Source: a virus | IMG/VR virus record: IMGVR_UViG_3300026487_000003 | Reading direction: 5' to 3' (one strand) | DNA: 64,000 bases | Part shown: positions 62,352-64,000 of the stretch, piece by piece | How the letters are laid out: each line of letters starts with the position of its first letter | Numbering within the stretch: position 1 is the first letter of the stretch | Position numbers and translations under genes: made by a program | Notes under the pieces: model-generated | What the model was told of the DNA's origin: nothing | Seen by the model: only the letters and a program-made list of their open reading frames with translations | Databases searched by the model: none

Positions 62352-62567
62352 TTATAGACTATCACTATCTCTTTTCCTTGGAGTTACTGCATATGGGAAG
62401 GGAATCTCAGTTAAATCTGAAAATTGGTATGCAGAAGCTTCGCACCGTTCTGGGTGATAAGCAATACCGAGACAATACATGCACAGGTCTTCTTCTTTAC
62501 CATCTTCTTGGTAGACCATCACATCTCGGCTTGAGAGGTGAACATTACAGCAACGACAGCGGCTCAT
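62352..62567 (-). CDS. small zinc-ribbon protein
   Basis: CRCC...CMYC motif. Confidence 0.5.
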   Translation of the reverse strand: MSRCRCCNVHLSSRDVMVYQEDGKEEDLCMYCLGIAYHPERCEASAYQFSDLTEIPFPYAVTPRKRDSDSL

Positions 62568-62875
62568 AATTTAACTCCCGATTTAAAAAATTCTCTATTA
62601 AGTCTTGCTTCTCGCAAAGACGGCCAACGTCCGAACAGAATCTTAAACCTAACCCAACTAACAGCTTCTTTTATGGTAATCTTATTACTGCCTATAAGAA
62701 GTCTGCCTGGAATATATTGTTGAAAGTCGGAAAGAAGTGGGAAAGCTTTTAACACATCAATATCTTCCGTTGTCAGGCGACTGCTGCTTTGCATTTCCAT
62801 AAACCATTCAACTTTCATAGGTTTTCTATCACGCCAAAGATTCCGAATCATGGCTTTTTTCTTCGTGGAACGCAA
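62564..62875 (-). CDS. hypothetical protein
   Basis: 103-aa ORF with ATGA coupling. Confidence 0.5.
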   Translation of the reverse strand: MRSTKKKAMIRNLWRDRKPMKVEWFMEMQSSSRLTTEDIDVLKAFPLLSDFQQYIPGRLLIGSNKITIKEAVSWVRFKILFGRWPSLREARLNREFFKSGVKL

Positions 62876-63045
62876 ACATTCTTATTGCCCGGTTCAATAT
62901 AGAGCACTGTGCCCTTCTCTTCGCAGTTCTTAGTTTCTTGCTGAATCTGCTTGAAGTGAATCTTGTCTTGCCTGCTACCTTCAATAGAGTTAAAAGCTAT
63001 GACAAATACAACAAAAGCAAGCACAAGGAAAATATAGTTTTTCAT
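62848..63045 (-). CDS. small membrane/secreted protein
   Basis: N-terminal hydrophobic segment IFLVLAFVVFVIAF. Confidence 0.5.
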   Translation of the reverse strand: MKNYIFLVLAFVVFVIAFNSIEGSRQDKIHFKQIQQETKNCEEKGTVLYIEPGNKNVCVPRRKKP

Positions 63046-63248
63046 TTAATCAATCCTCTCTGTTTACACCATTCATAATCGAAGTGTCCTTTATTTGGTT
63101 CATCTTTGTCAACTACCAAGTTAAGGTAATCCTCAAATGCCTCAATTGGACTATCACCTAACCCAAGCCAGATAGCTTCTTCATGGAGTAGTTCACACCT
63201 CCAATAAGGACCATCATCATCTGTCTCATACTTGATTTTCAATTTCAT
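63042..63248 (-). CDS. hypothetical acidic protein
   Basis: 68-aa ORF. Confidence 0.5.
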   Translation of the reverse strand: MKLKIKYETDDDGPYWRCELLHEEAIWLGLGDSPIEAFEDYLNLVVDKDEPNKGHFDYEWCKQRGLIK

Positions 63249-63257
63249 TGTTTACCC

Positions 63258-63626
63258 TCAATTATTCAAAATACCAACTTTCAACAGGAAGGATTCTAAT
63301 GATTTAGAATGGTAATATTTATTTTTACCAGCTTGTCCCCATTTACCAGTACCTGGATAATAGTGAAACTTTCCTTTAATCAGCCACATTCCCATTCTAA
63401 GCAACTCACTATCTCCTATACCTAAATCTACTGCTTTGACAGCAAAGCCATAATCTGCTTTAGCCGTCTTACGCCAAGCCATTGAATGATTTCCTGTTGC
63501 TAAGGCTGATGATACCATCTCATCATTTATGTATGTTATTAGTTCCTCACCCATGGTAATTAAATCAAATGCAATCCAATTACCCGTCTTATTCATTACT
63601 TCCTTTTGAAGACTGTTTACTTTCAT
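63258..63626 (-). CDS. hypothetical protein downstream of leader copy C
   Basis: 122-aa ORF with AGGAG 7 nt upstream; no recognisable motif. Confidence 0.55.
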   Translation of the reverse strand: MKVNSLQKEVMNKTGNWIAFDLITMGEELITYINDEMVSSALATGNHSMAWRKTAKADYGFAVKAVDLGIGDSELLRMGMWLIKGKFHYYPGTGKWGQAGKNKYYHSKSLESFLLKVGILNN

Positions 63627-64000
63627 CTCTTAACTCCTATGTTTATTTATTTCTTAATTCTTTATATCTCTTATCATACTGAGAGTTCTGTGTAGGAAGG
63701 ATAGAGAAGTCCCTATACCCGCCATACTGAACTTAATCAGCCTAAGACGAGTATAGCGCTCTATCCTTCTCAATGCAACACATCATACTGATGAGACTGC
63801 GTTAGGCCGTCAATGTGGACGGAACGGATGGTTGTCATTCCACCATTTCTGGTGTAGCCTCTGACGCTATAACAACCTTCGAGATCAGCTTGGGCTTGTC
63901 AGAACCTATCTTCATACCCTTTAAGTAGCAGCCGGTGAGTGAATGCTTTCGCTGACATATCTCTCTGCTACCGATTAGCCTTACGCTAAAAATCATACTC
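63627..64000 (-). ncRNA. structured leader RNA, copy C (5' part beyond the window)
   Basis: 28-nt block 63721-63748 identical to 34794-34821; a perfect 11-bp helix 63696-63706 with 63759-63769 encloses it; no ORF of 60 aa or more. Confidence 0.55.

Noticed and set aside
1-64000. CRISPR arrays, tRNA/tmRNA genes, integrase/repressor, attachment sites, and large direct or inverted repeats
   Set aside because: None were recognised on visual inspection: no regularly spaced repeats, no T-loop GGTTCGAAT-type motifs in intergenic spacers, and no recombinase motifs. A tRNA or ncRNA scan such as tRNAscan-SE or ARAGORN would be needed to exclude small RNA genes rigorously.

Overview
This window reads as a contiguous piece of a virulent dsDNA tailed-phage genome. 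It has a sheath-like protein, tube-like proteins and a J/W/V-type baseplate; no integrase, repressor, tRNA or CRISPR array was seen by eye. All domain calls come from motifs read in the supplied translations. No database search was run.

Layout:
- 19-3423, minus strand: small early genes, ending in a cytidine/dCMP-deaminase-like gene and a T5orf172 (GIY-YIG-like) nuclease.
- 3424-4021: divergent control region.
- 4022-23692, plus strand: replication and nucleotide-metabolism module. It holds a primase-helicase, a family-B-like DNA polymerase, an SSB, a FEN-like exonuclease, HNH nucleases, a MazG-like protein, DUF4406-like and DUF3310-like proteins, a glutaredoxin, ThyX, NrdA and NrdB.
- 23792-25183, plus strand: a terminator-bounded pair encoding a YadA-anchor-like outer-membrane protein and a secreted protein.
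- 25372-63626, minus strand: lysis cassette plus an extra spanin-like set, tailspike and fibre, baseplate, an intron-split tape measure, a -1 frameshifted chaperone, three tube paralogs, a sheath-like protein, a lambda-like head module (E-like capsid, decoration protein, S49 protease, portal), TerL, a glycosyltransferase pair, and a second set of fibre and depolymerase genes.

The most unusual signal is a family of about 400-nt non-coding leader RNAs. There are three copies: 3424-3862 (minus), 34481-34891 (plus) and 63627-64000 (minus, truncated by the window edge). Where the upstream sequence is visible, each is driven by a sigma70-like promoter. Each lies directly 5' of a different ORF: a T5orf172 nuclease, an HNH-AP2 endonuclease and an unknown 122-aa protein. 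The copies share a 28-nt identical block and several helices with compensatory changes.

Other notable items are a group I intron with an HNH ORF inside the tape measure gene and an A7 frameshift in the HNH-AP2 gene. There are also many free-standing endonuclease cassettes with their own consensus promoters, a duplicated spanin-like pair, and a glycosyltransferase cassette inside the structural module.
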